Shown here one piece after another: positions 9,561 through 18,692 of a stretch of DNA of 64,000 nucleotides. Each line of letters opens with the position of its first letter. Positions within the stretch are counted from its first letter, which is position 1. Both the position numbers and the translations under genes were made by a program. The notes under the pieces are model-generated. The model did not search any database, was not told the DNA's origin, and was given only the letters and a program-made list of their open reading frames with translations. The DNA comes from an uncultured Desulfobacterales bacterium (GTDB lineage Bacteria > Desulfobacterota > Desulfobacteria > Desulfobacterales > UBA11574): assembly GCA_937998305.1 (NCBI GenBank), contig CALLDL010000004.1, forward strand, positions 7,103 to 71,102. Reading direction: 5' to 3'.

Positions 9561-10145
9561 GTGGAATTTATAAGAATTCTTGCCATTGCAGTGGCTCTGG
9601 CCATGGATGCTTTTGCGGTTTCAATAGCGATCGGTGTAAACTTAAAAAATGTCAATTCGAGACAATTGTTCCGTTTGTCCTGGCATTTCGGACTGTTCCA
9701 AGCCCTCATGCCAATTATCGGTTGGAGTGCGGGTTTATCTATACGGCGCTATATTGAACATTACGATCATTGGATCGCTTTCGGCTTGCTGGCATTTGTG
9801 GGCGCCCACATGATTAAAGAGGCCTTCCAGGATGGTAAGGCCGAAAAACCGATAAAAGATTATACAAAAGGAATGACATTGGTGATGCTTTCGGTGGCAA
9901 CCAGTATTGACGCTCTTGCTGTGGGCTTCAGTCTATCTTTGCTGAAGATATCGATTTGGATGCCGGCCTTGATTATTGGCATCGTAGCAGGTACATTTAC
10001 CCTCATTGGAATGCGGATTGGCGAACGCATCGGCGCTGCCAAGCGGTTAAGTCTTTATGCCGAAACCATCGGCGGGGTTGTTTTGATAGGTATCGGACTC
10101 AATATTTTACATGAACATGGTGCGTTATTCGCTTTTTTAAACTGA
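9561..10145 (+). CDS. mntP: manganese efflux pump MntP
   Basis: 194 aa, multi-TM, with the MntP/DUF204 signature AIAVALAMDAFAVSIA repeated as SVATSIDALAVGFS. GTG start. Confidence 0.85.
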   Translation: MEFIRILAIAVALAMDAFAVSIAIGVNLKNVNSRQLFRLSWHFGLFQALMPIIGWSAGLSIRRYIEHYDHWIAFGLLAFVGAHMIKEAFQDGKAEKPIKDYTKGMTLVMLSVATSIDALAVGFSLSLLKISIWMPALIIGIVAGTFTLIGMRIGERIGAAKRLSLYAETIGGVVLIGIGLNILHEHGALFAFLN

Positions 10146-10174
10146 ATCGTATGGCTACAGTCAGCTAAATAACG

Positions 10175-10420
10175 GTATGGGTTCACGGGGTGTGCTCCTC
10201 CGTTTCACTCCGGTGTCTATGTGTCTGGTCATTTCAATGACTTAGCAGCGGTGGCATTCCTGCCCCCTCCGCGTTCTCCCGCGAAAAACATGCGGGAGCC
10301 GCGGTCTCCCCCACTGCTAAGTCATTGAAATGACGAAGCCACTCCGCCAACCCGCCTGCCATGCATGGCACGAGCGGGCAGGTATCGTTACACGAGGAAG
10401 CACACCCCGTGAACACATAC
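10175..10420 (+). repeat. family A nested-palindrome element, copy A2
   Basis: Same architecture and orientation as A1. Outer arms GTTCACGGGGTGTGC / GCACACCCCGTGAAC. Carries an extra internal palindrome TGCCATGCATGGCA. Confidence 0.85.
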
Positions 10421-10443
10421 AAATAACGCACGGAGGGATATCG

Positions 10444-11208
10444 ATGTCGATACTTACAATGGGAATCATCGCCAGCACACTGGCTGGCCTGGCTACCGGT
10501 GTTGGCGCCTTGCCGGCGCTTGTTTTTAAGAGTGTTTCCGATAAGATTCTAAATACCATGCTTGGGGGGGCTGCAGGCGTGATGCTGGCAGCCACTTCTT
10601 TTTCGTTAATTGTTCCAGGGATAGAATATGGCAATCAGGCATGGCCGGGTTATGGTGTTTATATCGTTGTTTTTGGGATGCTGTTTGGTGCTGTCTTTTT
10701 AGACCGTATTGATAAATGGCTGCCCCATGAGCATTTTGTCCTCGGACATGAAGGCCCTTCCAGTTCCTTGAAAAGAATTTGGCTCTTTATCATTGCCATT
10801 ACCATTCACAACTTTCCTGAGGGACTTGCAGTGGGGGTTGGGTTTGGAAGCGGAGATATTGGGGCGGGAACCAGTCTTGCCATCGGAATCGGGCTTCAGA
10901 ACATGCCGGAAGGTTTGGCTGTTGCCATGCCTTTGATCGGCCTGGGTTACAGCCGATGGCGCGCTATAGGTATCGCTACTTTGACAGGACTGGTGGAGCC
11001 CATCGGCGGTGTTCTGGGGGTTGCAGCCGTCACCGTTTTTAACCCCGTCCTCCCGTTTGGCCTGGCGTTTGCAGCCGGCGCCATGTTGTTTGTTATTAGT
11101 GATGAAATTATACCGGAAACCCATTCCAAAGGAAAATCGCGTCTAGCAACCTTTGGTGTCATGATCGGATTTGTGATCATGATGGCGCTGGACAATCTTT
11201 TGGGATAA
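10444..11208 (+). CDS. ZIP-family divalent metal (zinc) transporter
   Basis: HNFPEGLAVGVGF and QNMPEGLAV motifs. Start moved to the ATG at 10444 (GGAGGG upstream), because the longer ORF would read through repeat A2. Confidence 0.85.
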   Translation: MSILTMGIIASTLAGLATGVGALPALVFKSVSDKILNTMLGGAAGVMLAATSFSLIVPGIEYGNQAWPGYGVYIVVFGMLFGAVFLDRIDKWLPHEHFVLGHEGPSSSLKRIWLFIIAITIHNFPEGLAVGVGFGSGDIGAGTSLAIGIGLQNMPEGLAVAMPLIGLGYSRWRAIGIATLTGLVEPIGGVLGVAAVTVFNPVLPFGLAFAAGAMLFVISDEIIPETHSKGKSRLATFGVMIGFVIMMALDNLLG

Positions 11209-11232
11209 TTCTCCCTAAAGTATTATTTTGAG

Positions 11233-11390
11233 AATGAAGGTTGATGAACTCGTAAAAAGTCAAAATTCGACGCCAAAGTAAAAAGCCTCAAATTCCCCCG
11301 CATAAAACCAGCGGGATAAAAAGGAGTGCAAATTTCAGGGAATGCAGCGCAGCGCAGAAGTTGGACTTTTTACGAAGCCGTCAAGGTTAA
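11233..11390. repeat. family G inverted-repeat element
   Basis: Arms TCGTAAAAAGTC (11250-11261) and GACTTTTTACGA (11364-11375), extended imperfectly to about 25 bp. Intergenic. Confidence 0.55.
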
Positions 11391-11477
11391 TCTTCTGTGA
11401 TAATCAGTATCCTATTAAGATCTTCGGGTTGGAATTCTTCGATGATCTTACCTTATTGTCTACGACGGGAGGACACC

Positions 11478-12428
11478 ATGGATCAAGATATATATGATGT
11501 TATTATTTTAGGTACCGGACCTGCCGGGCTTCAGGCGGCCATCCATGCTGCACGGACCAAAGTTTCGGTTTTGGTTATGGGACGCGAGCACAAATCGAGT
11601 CTTTTTAGAGCCCATGTGGAAAATTACTGTTGCATCACTGGAATTTCAGGGGGAGAACTTCTCCGACAGGGTGTCAAGCAGGCACTGGATTCCGGAGCCC
11701 GTTTTTTACATGAAGACGTTATAAAAACATCGAAGGACAATGAGGAGTTTATCGTTGTTACTGAAAGTGACAAAACCCTAAAGACACGAACCCTTATTAT
11801 GGGCATGGGGGTTTCCCGGAACCGTCTGGGCGTTCCCGGTGAAAAGAAATATTTCGGACAAGGCGTGAGTTACTGTGTGGACTGCGATGCAAATTTTTAC
11901 AAAGGCAGCACGGTGGCCGTGGTTGGCAATGAATCGGCCGCAGTTTCAGGGGCATTGACACTGTTGTTTTACGCAGACAAAGTCCATCTCGTTTCTGATG
12001 AACTTCAGGTTTCCGAGCGGCTTAAATATCAAATTCAAGAATCGGATGTTGATATTCATCTCGGACATAAGGTTACAGAGATCATTGGTGATAATACCGT
12101 TAGAGGTTTGATTATGAACAATGGTCAAAAGTTGAATGTGGATGGCGTATTTATCGAGACTGGTGCCAAGGGAGCGGTGGAGTTGGCCGCGACATTAGGT
12201 GTTGCTTTGGATCCTGAAAAGTTTCAATATATTGTTACGGATAAGCAGCAGCAGACCAATATCAAAGGCATTTACGCCGCCGGAGACATATGCGGGCCGC
12301 CGTGGCAGATGGCCAAAGCTGTGGGGGAGGGCTGTGTCGCAGGTCTCGCTGCAGCCAAATATGCAAAAAAGATGAAAAAAAATCAACCCAAGGTTGAATC
12401 AAGACCGCTTTTGTCCAACGACACATGA
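11478..12428 (+). CDS. thioredoxin-reductase-like FAD-dependent disulfide oxidoreductase
   Basis: DVIILGTGPAGLQAA FAD motif, redox pair CVDC in the position of the TrxB CATC, and AAGDI near the C-terminus. Start at the ATG at 11478. Confidence 0.75.
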   Translation: MDQDIYDVIILGTGPAGLQAAIHAARTKVSVLVMGREHKSSLFRAHVENYCCITGISGGELLRQGVKQALDSGARFLHEDVIKTSKDNEEFIVVTESDKTLKTRTLIMGMGVSRNRLGVPGEKKYFGQGVSYCVDCDANFYKGSTVAVVGNESAAVSGALTLLFYADKVHLVSDELQVSERLKYQIQESDVDIHLGHKVTEIIGDNTVRGLIMNNGQKLNVDGVFIETGAKGAVELAATLGVALDPEKFQYIVTDKQQQTNIKGIYAAGDICGPPWQMAKAVGEGCVAGLAAAKYAKKMKKNQPKVESRPLLSNDT

Positions 12429-12731
12429 TGTCCCTGGCCCCGGGTAACCTTCACAGATCCAAGGTCTGACAGGATAGATTTTACACAACGCATTTTCCAT
12501 ACTGTATTTCAGAAAGGGACAAGGTGCTGCGTTATACTCGGTATTTTCGATTTCTCCGGAATATTCGTTCCTAACAAAACCATATAAATCAATAAAATCC
12601 TCAAAGTTCATGTCCAGATAATCCGCAGCAAGGCGAGGATCCAGTTCAGACCATGGAATGCCAATCTTTTTACAGCAATTTCCGCATCTTTTGCAGTTGA
12701 ATTTCATTGTCATATTATCGTACGGCACCAA
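12399..12731 (-). CDS. YkgJ-family Cys-cluster (putative Fe-S/Zn) protein
   Basis: CKRCGNCC (CxxCxxCC) N-terminal signature. The start is ambiguous (GTG at 12731, or ATG at 12713 or 12707). Confidence 0.65.
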   Translation of the reverse strand: MVPYDNMTMKFNCKRCGNCCKKIGIPWSELDPRLAADYLDMNFEDFIDLYGFVRNEYSGEIENTEYNAAPCPFLKYSMENALCKIYPVRPWICEGYPGPGTSCVVGQKRS

Positions 12732-12746
12732 AATACAAAGTGATCT

Positions 12747-14159
12747 CTATTCAGATTCGTAAATGTTTGAAGCGATATCCGGGAAATTTTTTAAAAAACG
12801 GTATAATGTGGCCCGTCCCACACCCAGATATCTTGCAGCTTTGGCCTTATTTCCGCCGCTTCGAATCAGAGCTTCTTTTACGATTTTCGAATCCAGCCTC
12901 AGAGACGGTCCACGGGATAACCGATTATTTTCCTTCTTTTTCAATTCCATAGGGAGGTGAACAGGTTGAATAATTTTTCCTCTGGATTTTATAAGTGCAT
13001 AATGAATGGCACTTTGAAGCTCCCGGACATTCCCGGGCCAGGGGTAATCAATCATAACGGATAGCGCGCTTTCGGAAATGCTTTTTGTTTTTTGTCCTTT
13101 ATAAGCGATTTTTTCGAGAAAGTTGTTGACGAGGAGAGGAATATCATTTTTACGCTTTCTCAGCGGCGGTAAATGAATGGGAACCACGCTGATCCGATAG
13201 TATAAATCATCACGGAAATTCCCCTTTTCCACTTCGTGTTTCAGGTTTCGATTTGCAGCGCTGATAATTCGAACATCCACTGAAATGGTTTTTTCACCCC
13301 CCACCCGTTCGAATTTGCCTTCCTGTAGAACCCTCAGCAACTTTGCCTGCATCACTTTGGGCAAATCTCCTATTTCGTCCAGAAACAGCGTGCCGCCGTT
13401 TGCCATTTCAAATCGGCCCTTTCTGTCTCTCAAGGCTCCGGTAAAAGAACCCTTCACGTGACCGAAAAGCTCGCTTTCCAGCAATCCCTCGGGCAGAGCC
13501 CCGCAATTGACCGGTACGAAAGCTTTATGCACACGTAGGCCTTCGTTATGTATGGCATGGGCTACCAGTTCTTTTCCGGTACCGCTTTCTCCCTGAATGA
13601 GGACAGGAATATCAACTTCAGTAATCTCTCTTATCATCTCGAAGATGTCTTTCATCTTCGGGTCGCGTCCGATGATTCCGGAAAAGCGATGCTCATCCAA
13701 TTTTTGATGAGTAATGTCTTGAACGGTTCCAAGGGAGCGTAACGGGTTTCCATTCGCATCGTATATGGTCCGACATTTTTCATGCACATATTTCAATGTA
13801 TTGTTTTTAAGGAGCAGCCTGTGAACCATATCATAGCCTGTCTTTTTTTTTAATGAATCCTTAAACGCCTTGTCTACAGCCTTCTTGTCTTCAGGATGCA
13901 CGGAATCGAGAAAGGCTTCATAAGTTGCCCCAAATTCTTGAGGATTTGAATCAAAAATACGATAAATTTCGTCGGACCAATATAACGTATCGTTAACCAA
14001 ATCCAATTCCCAATGCCCTATATTTGCGATCCTTTCGGCTTCTTTCAATCTCTCTTCGCTTCTTTGAATGGCTTTTTTGCTTCCTTCCAGCTCTGCGATC
14101 TTTTTTTTCAGTACAGCAATCTTTTTTTCCAATTCTTTATAGGTTGGTTTTCTGCTCAT
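12747..14159 (-). CDS. sigma-54-dependent transcriptional activator (coiled coil + PAS + AAA+ + Fis-type HTH)
   Basis: Walker A GESGTGKE, a GSFTGA variant of the GAFTGA sigma-54 contact loop, and a C-terminal AARYLGVGRATLYRFLK HTH. Confidence 0.9.
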   Translation of the reverse strand: MSRKPTYKELEKKIAVLKKKIAELEGSKKAIQRSEERLKEAERIANIGHWELDLVNDTLYWSDEIYRIFDSNPQEFGATYEAFLDSVHPEDKKAVDKAFKDSLKKKTGYDMVHRLLLKNNTLKYVHEKCRTIYDANGNPLRSLGTVQDITHQKLDEHRFSGIIGRDPKMKDIFEMIREITEVDIPVLIQGESGTGKELVAHAIHNEGLRVHKAFVPVNCGALPEGLLESELFGHVKGSFTGALRDRKGRFEMANGGTLFLDEIGDLPKVMQAKLLRVLQEGKFERVGGEKTISVDVRIISAANRNLKHEVEKGNFRDDLYYRISVVPIHLPPLRKRKNDIPLLVNNFLEKIAYKGQKTKSISESALSVMIDYPWPGNVRELQSAIHYALIKSRGKIIQPVHLPMELKKKENNRLSRGPSLRLDSKIVKEALIRSGGNKAKAARYLGVGRATLYRFLKNFPDIASNIYESE

Positions 14160-14502
14160 GGAAAGATTCTCCGAACCCTTTGGAATAACCGTTCATTCAA
14201 GATCATCGTTTCAAAAGGCGTTAAGATTAATAAGTTGCTTTGGGTTTTGAATAATAAGAATGCGAGGCGTTATTTAAAGAGTCAATAAGATTTAGGGATC
14301 AAAATTTGCAACTGCTGATATTAACTATATTTTCTATACACTTTTGATGAAATTTGTCAATGGAAATCTGAAAAAGATGTTCGCTGGTATACGTATTTTG
14401 AAGGATCATAGAGAATTGACATGTTCATAAAATCATACTATTAACTAGCATAACATTATAACGGGTTAACCTGTTCATATTCCAAAAACAGGGTGATATA
14501 TT

Positions 14503-15105
14503 GTGGAAAAAGCGTCTGTTTTTAAAGAAACATATCAAAATTATTTGGATCGGATTGGCAAAATTGATCTCGATTCAAGAGCCGAAAAATTAGGGGGGCG
14601 TGTTGAAAAAGATGAGATGGTTCTTTCCTTTTTCGGGAAACCTTACAGGATATCAAGCCGGGGGATAACAGACCCGTCCGGCAAACAGCCGCCTATGGGA
14701 ATCAGTGTCGTTCTATGCAAATACTTGCTTCTATGTCCGGATATACCTTCTCTGGACAAGGAATGGGCCTCCTATAGAGACTTTAAAGATACCGCTCCTT
14801 TGGTTCATAGCTTCGTGAATCATACAGAACGACCGATTGTCCGAGATTATTCGAATCGCCTAAAAGATCTGGCAGCGGCATGTGAAAAACTTGGTGGGAG
14901 AGATCCGGGTTTAGATCTTAATTATCAACTTATCATGAAACTCTATCCGCTGCCGAAAGTTCCCGTGCTTTTACTTTTTGATGATGTGGATGAAGAATTT
15001 CCGGCCCAGTGCAAGGTTCTTTTCGAAAGACGTGCGGAACATTACCTGGACCCCGAGTGTTTGGCGATTGTAGGCACGCTTCTTAATAATTTTCTGAAAA
15101 ATTAA
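14503..15105 (+). CDS. DUF3786-like protein
   Basis: 200 aa with a GTG start. The overall pattern resembles DUF3786, a family often found beside corrinoid/methyltransferase genes. Assignment is from memory only. Confidence 0.45.
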   Translation: MEKASVFKETYQNYLDRIGKIDLDSRAEKLGGRVEKDEMVLSFFGKPYRISSRGITDPSGKQPPMGISVVLCKYLLLCPDIPSLDKEWASYRDFKDTAPLVHSFVNHTERPIVRDYSNRLKDLAAACEKLGGRDPGLDLNYQLIMKLYPLPKVPVLLLFDDVDEEFPAQCKVLFERRAEHYLDPECLAIVGTLLNNFLKN

Positions 15106-15115
15106 AGTGGATTTG

Positions 15116-16153
15116 CTAAATTCCATACCTGTCCCGCAGCCGGTGTGATAATTCCTGCACAACCTGAAACGCCTTTTCAACGGTCTTTTCTCCGTCTGGG
15201 TTGACCAGACAGCAGGTTGCCGGAGATAAGAGACTTCTCGATATTAAAAACTCTTTATCGATGCCGTTAACATCCAATAAATCCCACAACGCTGACAGCC
15301 TTGTTTCCAGCGAACCGATATCTTCAGCTTCAAAAGGCTCAAAATTTGTGGGTACAATCCCCCATGCAATGACCCCGCCGCGGTCAAGGAATTGTTTTAT
15401 CGATCCAGAATACGATGAAAATACTTCTCCATTTTGGTATATATCCAGAGAAAGGATGTCAAGATCAAGATTCAAAAGGAAATCCCAGTCCGGATTTCCA
15501 CACAAATGAATACCGCGAGGTCTTTGCACCATAGAGAAAAAGTGCTCCAGATCGTCTTTGGCCTTTATGTTGTCATAACCCGAAAGTGCACTGAATAAAA
15601 ATTGCAGTCCCGGTTCATCAACAAACATAAATGCATTAGGATTCATTTTTTGAAGCCTTTGCAGCTGGACATTGATGCGCTTTGCCATAAATTCGAGCAT
15701 AAAAGAACGTATGGTGTCTTCAAAGAGAATCGGTCGGTCATCCTGGTCAAGTATATTTAAGCCAAAACTGACGGGTCCTTCCAGTTGCCCTCTTATGGCA
15801 GGTCGGTCGGAAAGGTTCATTTCTAGAAATTTATGATAAACTACCGAATACGCTTTGCTGATGTCAAAGTATTCAGGTTCGTCAAAATGGGCCATGGTCT
15901 CTTCAAATTCATTGATAAACTTATCCATGGAAAAACGAAGGGTTCGTTTTTCCATATCCAGAAGAATCCCGGGGAAATGTTCGGCGGCCTGAACATACAT
16001 GTCTTCATAGTAGCTGACGTGTGGCAGCTGAGGCCAGAATGGAATATCCATGGATAGGGCGAATTCGAGTGCCCTGTCAGCATCTTTATGAGGCATGACA
16101 GCCATGGCGGTTGTATTAAGATCTCCGGGGATTGTCATAACATTCCTCTTCAC
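15116..16153 (-). CDS. URO-D / MtaA / MetE-like (uroporphyrinogen decarboxylase superfamily) protein
   Basis: 345 aa. TIM-barrel-like pattern with FVDEPGL and IHLCGN segments reminiscent of methylcobamide:CoM methyltransferase/MetE-like enzymes. Confidence 0.5.
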   Translation of the reverse strand: MKRNVMTIPGDLNTTAMAVMPHKDADRALEFALSMDIPFWPQLPHVSYYEDMYVQAAEHFPGILLDMEKRTLRFSMDKFINEFEETMAHFDEPEYFDISKAYSVVYHKFLEMNLSDRPAIRGQLEGPVSFGLNILDQDDRPILFEDTIRSFMLEFMAKRINVQLQRLQKMNPNAFMFVDEPGLQFLFSALSGYDNIKAKDDLEHFFSMVQRPRGIHLCGNPDWDFLLNLDLDILSLDIYQNGEVFSSYSGSIKQFLDRGGVIAWGIVPTNFEPFEAEDIGSLETRLSALWDLLDVNGIDKEFLISRSLLSPATCCLVNPDGEKTVEKAFQVVQELSHRLRDRYGI

Positions 16154-16221
16154 AAAATATTTTTCCGGATAGCTACACTGTATTGGCGTTGCTGAAAATA
16201 AAGCATGCGAAAAATGAGTTT

Positions 16222-17589
16222 TTAAGAAAAAAAGATTCTCGCCAATTCTTTTTCAGAAAGTATCTTTTCCTCTCGTACAATGTCGATGATGGTTTTGCCC
16301 ATTTCATGGGCCTTGTTTGCAATGGTAGCGGCCTTGTCATATCCGACATGGGGCACCAGATAGGTTGCCATGGCCAGGCTTTTTTCGATGTTGGCGGCAC
16401 ATTTTTGTCGATTGGCGCGAATCCCACTGATACATTTTTCAGCTAAAAGCTTGGTTCCAGAAGAAAGAAAGGCTATGGATTGCAGAAGGTTATAGGCAAT
16501 CACCGGCAGCATTACATTTAGTTCAAAATTGCCCGCCTGTCCGCTTATGGTAATTGTGGTGTCGTTTCCCATGACCTGAGCGCATACCTGAATGACAGCT
16601 TCCGGAATAACCGGATTAATCTTTCCGGGCATAATAGAAGACCCGGGTTGAAGAGAAGGGATCGATATTTCACCCAGCCCGCACCTGGGCCCGGATGCAA
16701 GCCATCGGATGTCATTGCAAATTTTAACCAGACTGCCGGCGATGGTTTTTAAGGCGCCGCTGGTTTCGACTGCAGCGTCCTGTGCGCCCTGGGCTTCAAA
16801 ATGGTTTTCTGCTTCCCTAAAGTTGAATTTTGAATGTTTCGAGATCAGGACAACAACTTTTTTTGCAAAATCAGGATGGGTGTTCAAGCCGTTTCCAACA
16901 GCGGTTCCGCCCAGGGCAAGTTCTGAGAGATGGTCTTGGGCGGTCTCAATTCTTTTTATGGCAAGCGCTGTTTGTCGTTCATATCCTGAAAACGCCTGAC
17001 CCAAAAATATGGGTACGGCATCCTGTAGATGGGTTCTTCCAATTTTTTTCAGATCTTTAAATTCGACGGCTTTATCTGAAAGGCTTCTTTTGAGACTGAC
17101 CAATGAAGGAATAAGATTCTTTTTAATAAGGGTTAATGCAGAGATATGGATGGCAGAAGGGATAACGTCATTGCTTGATTGTCCGAGATTGACATGATCA
17201 TTGGGATGAACCGGAAATTTCCCTCCTTTTTTCCCTGTAACAATTTCGTTTGCCCTTGATGCGATGACCTCGTTCACGTTCATGTTCGTTGAAGTGCCTG
17301 ATCCAGTTTGAAATACATCCACCACAAACTGGTCGTCCAATTTTCCTTGCATAATTTCCTTGGCGGATGTCACAATGGGTTCTGATACCTTTTTGTCAAG
17401 AAGGCCCAGTTCATGGTTCACCATTGCAGCACATTGTTTTATGAGAGCAAGAGAATAAATAAATGAAGCGTGAAATCTAAGATCGCTGACAGGAAAATTG
17501 TTAACCGCCCTCTGGGTACTTGCTCCAAAATACGCATCTTCCGGAACTTCTATGGTTCCCAATGAATCTTTTTCTTTTCTGTATTTCAT
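16222..17589 (-). CDS. aspartate ammonia-lyase / class II fumarate hydratase family lyase (AspA-like)
   Basis: Signature GSSIMPGKINPVIPE (the NPV.PE form is typical of AspA), plus TGSGTSTNMNVNEV and HPNDHVNLGQSSND. Confidence 0.85.
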   Translation of the reverse strand: MKYRKEKDSLGTIEVPEDAYFGASTQRAVNNFPVSDLRFHASFIYSLALIKQCAAMVNHELGLLDKKVSEPIVTSAKEIMQGKLDDQFVVDVFQTGSGTSTNMNVNEVIASRANEIVTGKKGGKFPVHPNDHVNLGQSSNDVIPSAIHISALTLIKKNLIPSLVSLKRSLSDKAVEFKDLKKIGRTHLQDAVPIFLGQAFSGYERQTALAIKRIETAQDHLSELALGGTAVGNGLNTHPDFAKKVVVLISKHSKFNFREAENHFEAQGAQDAAVETSGALKTIAGSLVKICNDIRWLASGPRCGLGEISIPSLQPGSSIMPGKINPVIPEAVIQVCAQVMGNDTTITISGQAGNFELNVMLPVIAYNLLQSIAFLSSGTKLLAEKCISGIRANRQKCAANIEKSLAMATYLVPHVGYDKAATIANKAHEMGKTIIDIVREEKILSEKELARIFFS

Positions 17590-17607
17590 AATAAACGCAT
17601 TCCTTAT

Positions 17608-17790
17608 TTAGTTTCCATCCAGAAATGGCCCTTTTCCGCAATCTCTGCGTCAATCTGCGGAATTGCTTGTGCGGCGTACAACTTGTACGCCTCCGCGCAA
17701 TTCCTTGATTTCCTTGACTTTGCGAAAAATTGCTAATTTCTGCATTGGAAACTTAAATTGTGTCCAATATAGATTTATGGATGGACACTA
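17608..17790 (+). repeat. family B structured element, copy B1
   Basis: About 183 nt. TTAGTTTCCATCCAGAAA ... TTTCTGCATTGGAAAC ... TTATGGATGGACACTA with internal hairpin GCGTACAACTTGTACGC. Two further copies lie in this window. Confidence 0.8.
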
Positions 17791-17809
17791 TTTAATAAAT
17801 TTGCTTACG

Positions 17810-18379
17810 TTAGATTAAGGCCATACCTTCACCCGGATAAATGGTGCGATCCTCTAGCGGTGTTGCCTTTTTGACTTCCGGCCAATGACCGGCTTGAGGA
17901 GCGACACCTTCTTCGGCAATTGCCGTGGGATTTTTGTCTTTCATCTTGGGAGACTTTCGTATGTCCAAACCGGCAACCGGTGCGCTGAACTCAATGGGGA
18001 TATTGTTCGGATCAAAAGCATAGATTGAATGAATAAACCCATGATCGATAACTTCCGAAACCCAAAATCCGGCTGTTTCAAGTTTGTCCTTAAGTTCCCA
18101 TAGATCATCATCACTTTCAACACCCAAAGAAACATGGTCAAATATAAAGGAACCTCTGACCGGCATGCCATGATCTTTTTCGGGCATTTTTTCGACGTCA
18201 GGCCACTCAAAAAAGGCAATCATGTCATACTCGGAAAGTTCAAAAAAATAATGTCTGTATTTCGGCCCGCCGAGTCCCGCCACAAGGCGCAATCCCAACA
18301 AATCCCGCCAGAATCGAATGGTGGTATCCATATCTCGGGTAGCCATTGCCAGATGATTAATCCCTGTGTATTTTGCCAT
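17810..18379 (-). CDS. VOC-family (glyoxalase/bleomycin resistance/dioxygenase) protein
   Basis: N-terminus INHLAMATRDMDTTIRFWRDLLGL and a second FDHVSLGV half-domain. Confidence 0.8.
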   Translation of the reverse strand: MAKYTGINHLAMATRDMDTTIRFWRDLLGLRLVAGLGGPKYRHYFFELSEYDMIAFFEWPDVEKMPEKDHGMPVRGSFIFDHVSLGVESDDDLWELKDKLETAGFWVSEVIDHGFIHSIYAFDPNNIPIEFSAPVAGLDIRKSPKMKDKNPTAIAEEGVAPQAGHWPEVKKATPLEDRTIYPGEGMALI

Positions 18380-18534
18380 CTTACCGTCCTCTTAAAAAAG
18401 ATAATTCATTCCGCTCTCCAAGGCGTAGGCTCTCCGTGCCGGAGGCTGATAAAAGGATATCATAAAAACTCACCAACCCTTGTCCTTAGAATACAATAAC
18501 TGTGCCAGCCCGGGAAACAAACTTGTGAAATATT

Positions 18535-18550
18535 TGGCATGAGCATTGCA
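18535..18550 (+). promoter_or_regulatory. sigma-54 (-24/-12) promoter
   Basis: TGGCATGAGCATTGCA matches TGGCAY-N5-TTGCW at every conserved position. It lies about 140 nt upstream of the ATG at 18693. Confidence 0.6.
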
Positions 18551-18692
18551 TTTAAATTAAAATAAGTTTGGTATGCGAATTATTTCTTGGGTCGTTTATA
18601 GATCGTCATAATCTTTTACTCGTCAAAAAACGAATTGTTTTTGTAACATATCGTATCAACCTTTTTATAAACCCATTCATAGGAGGTGCAAC

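Noticed and set aside
9294-10420. Integron-like gene cassette (mntP flanked by two attC-like palindromes)
   Set aside because: The elements are 214-246 nt, longer than typical attC sites. Their ends (GTTCACC...) do not fit the GTTRRRY/RYYYAAC cores. No intI integrase or attI is present, and copies occur singly elsewhere in the window.
10330-10443. Longer N-terminal extension of the ZIP transporter ORF (track start 10330)
   Set aside because: The extension is translated from repeat A2 and has no membrane or signal character. A good RBS precedes the ATG at 10444.
14160-14502. Sigma-54 promoter for the DUF3786 gene divergent from the EBP gene
   Set aside because: The nearest match (CTGGTATACGTATTTTGA) lacks the -12 GC at the correct spacing.
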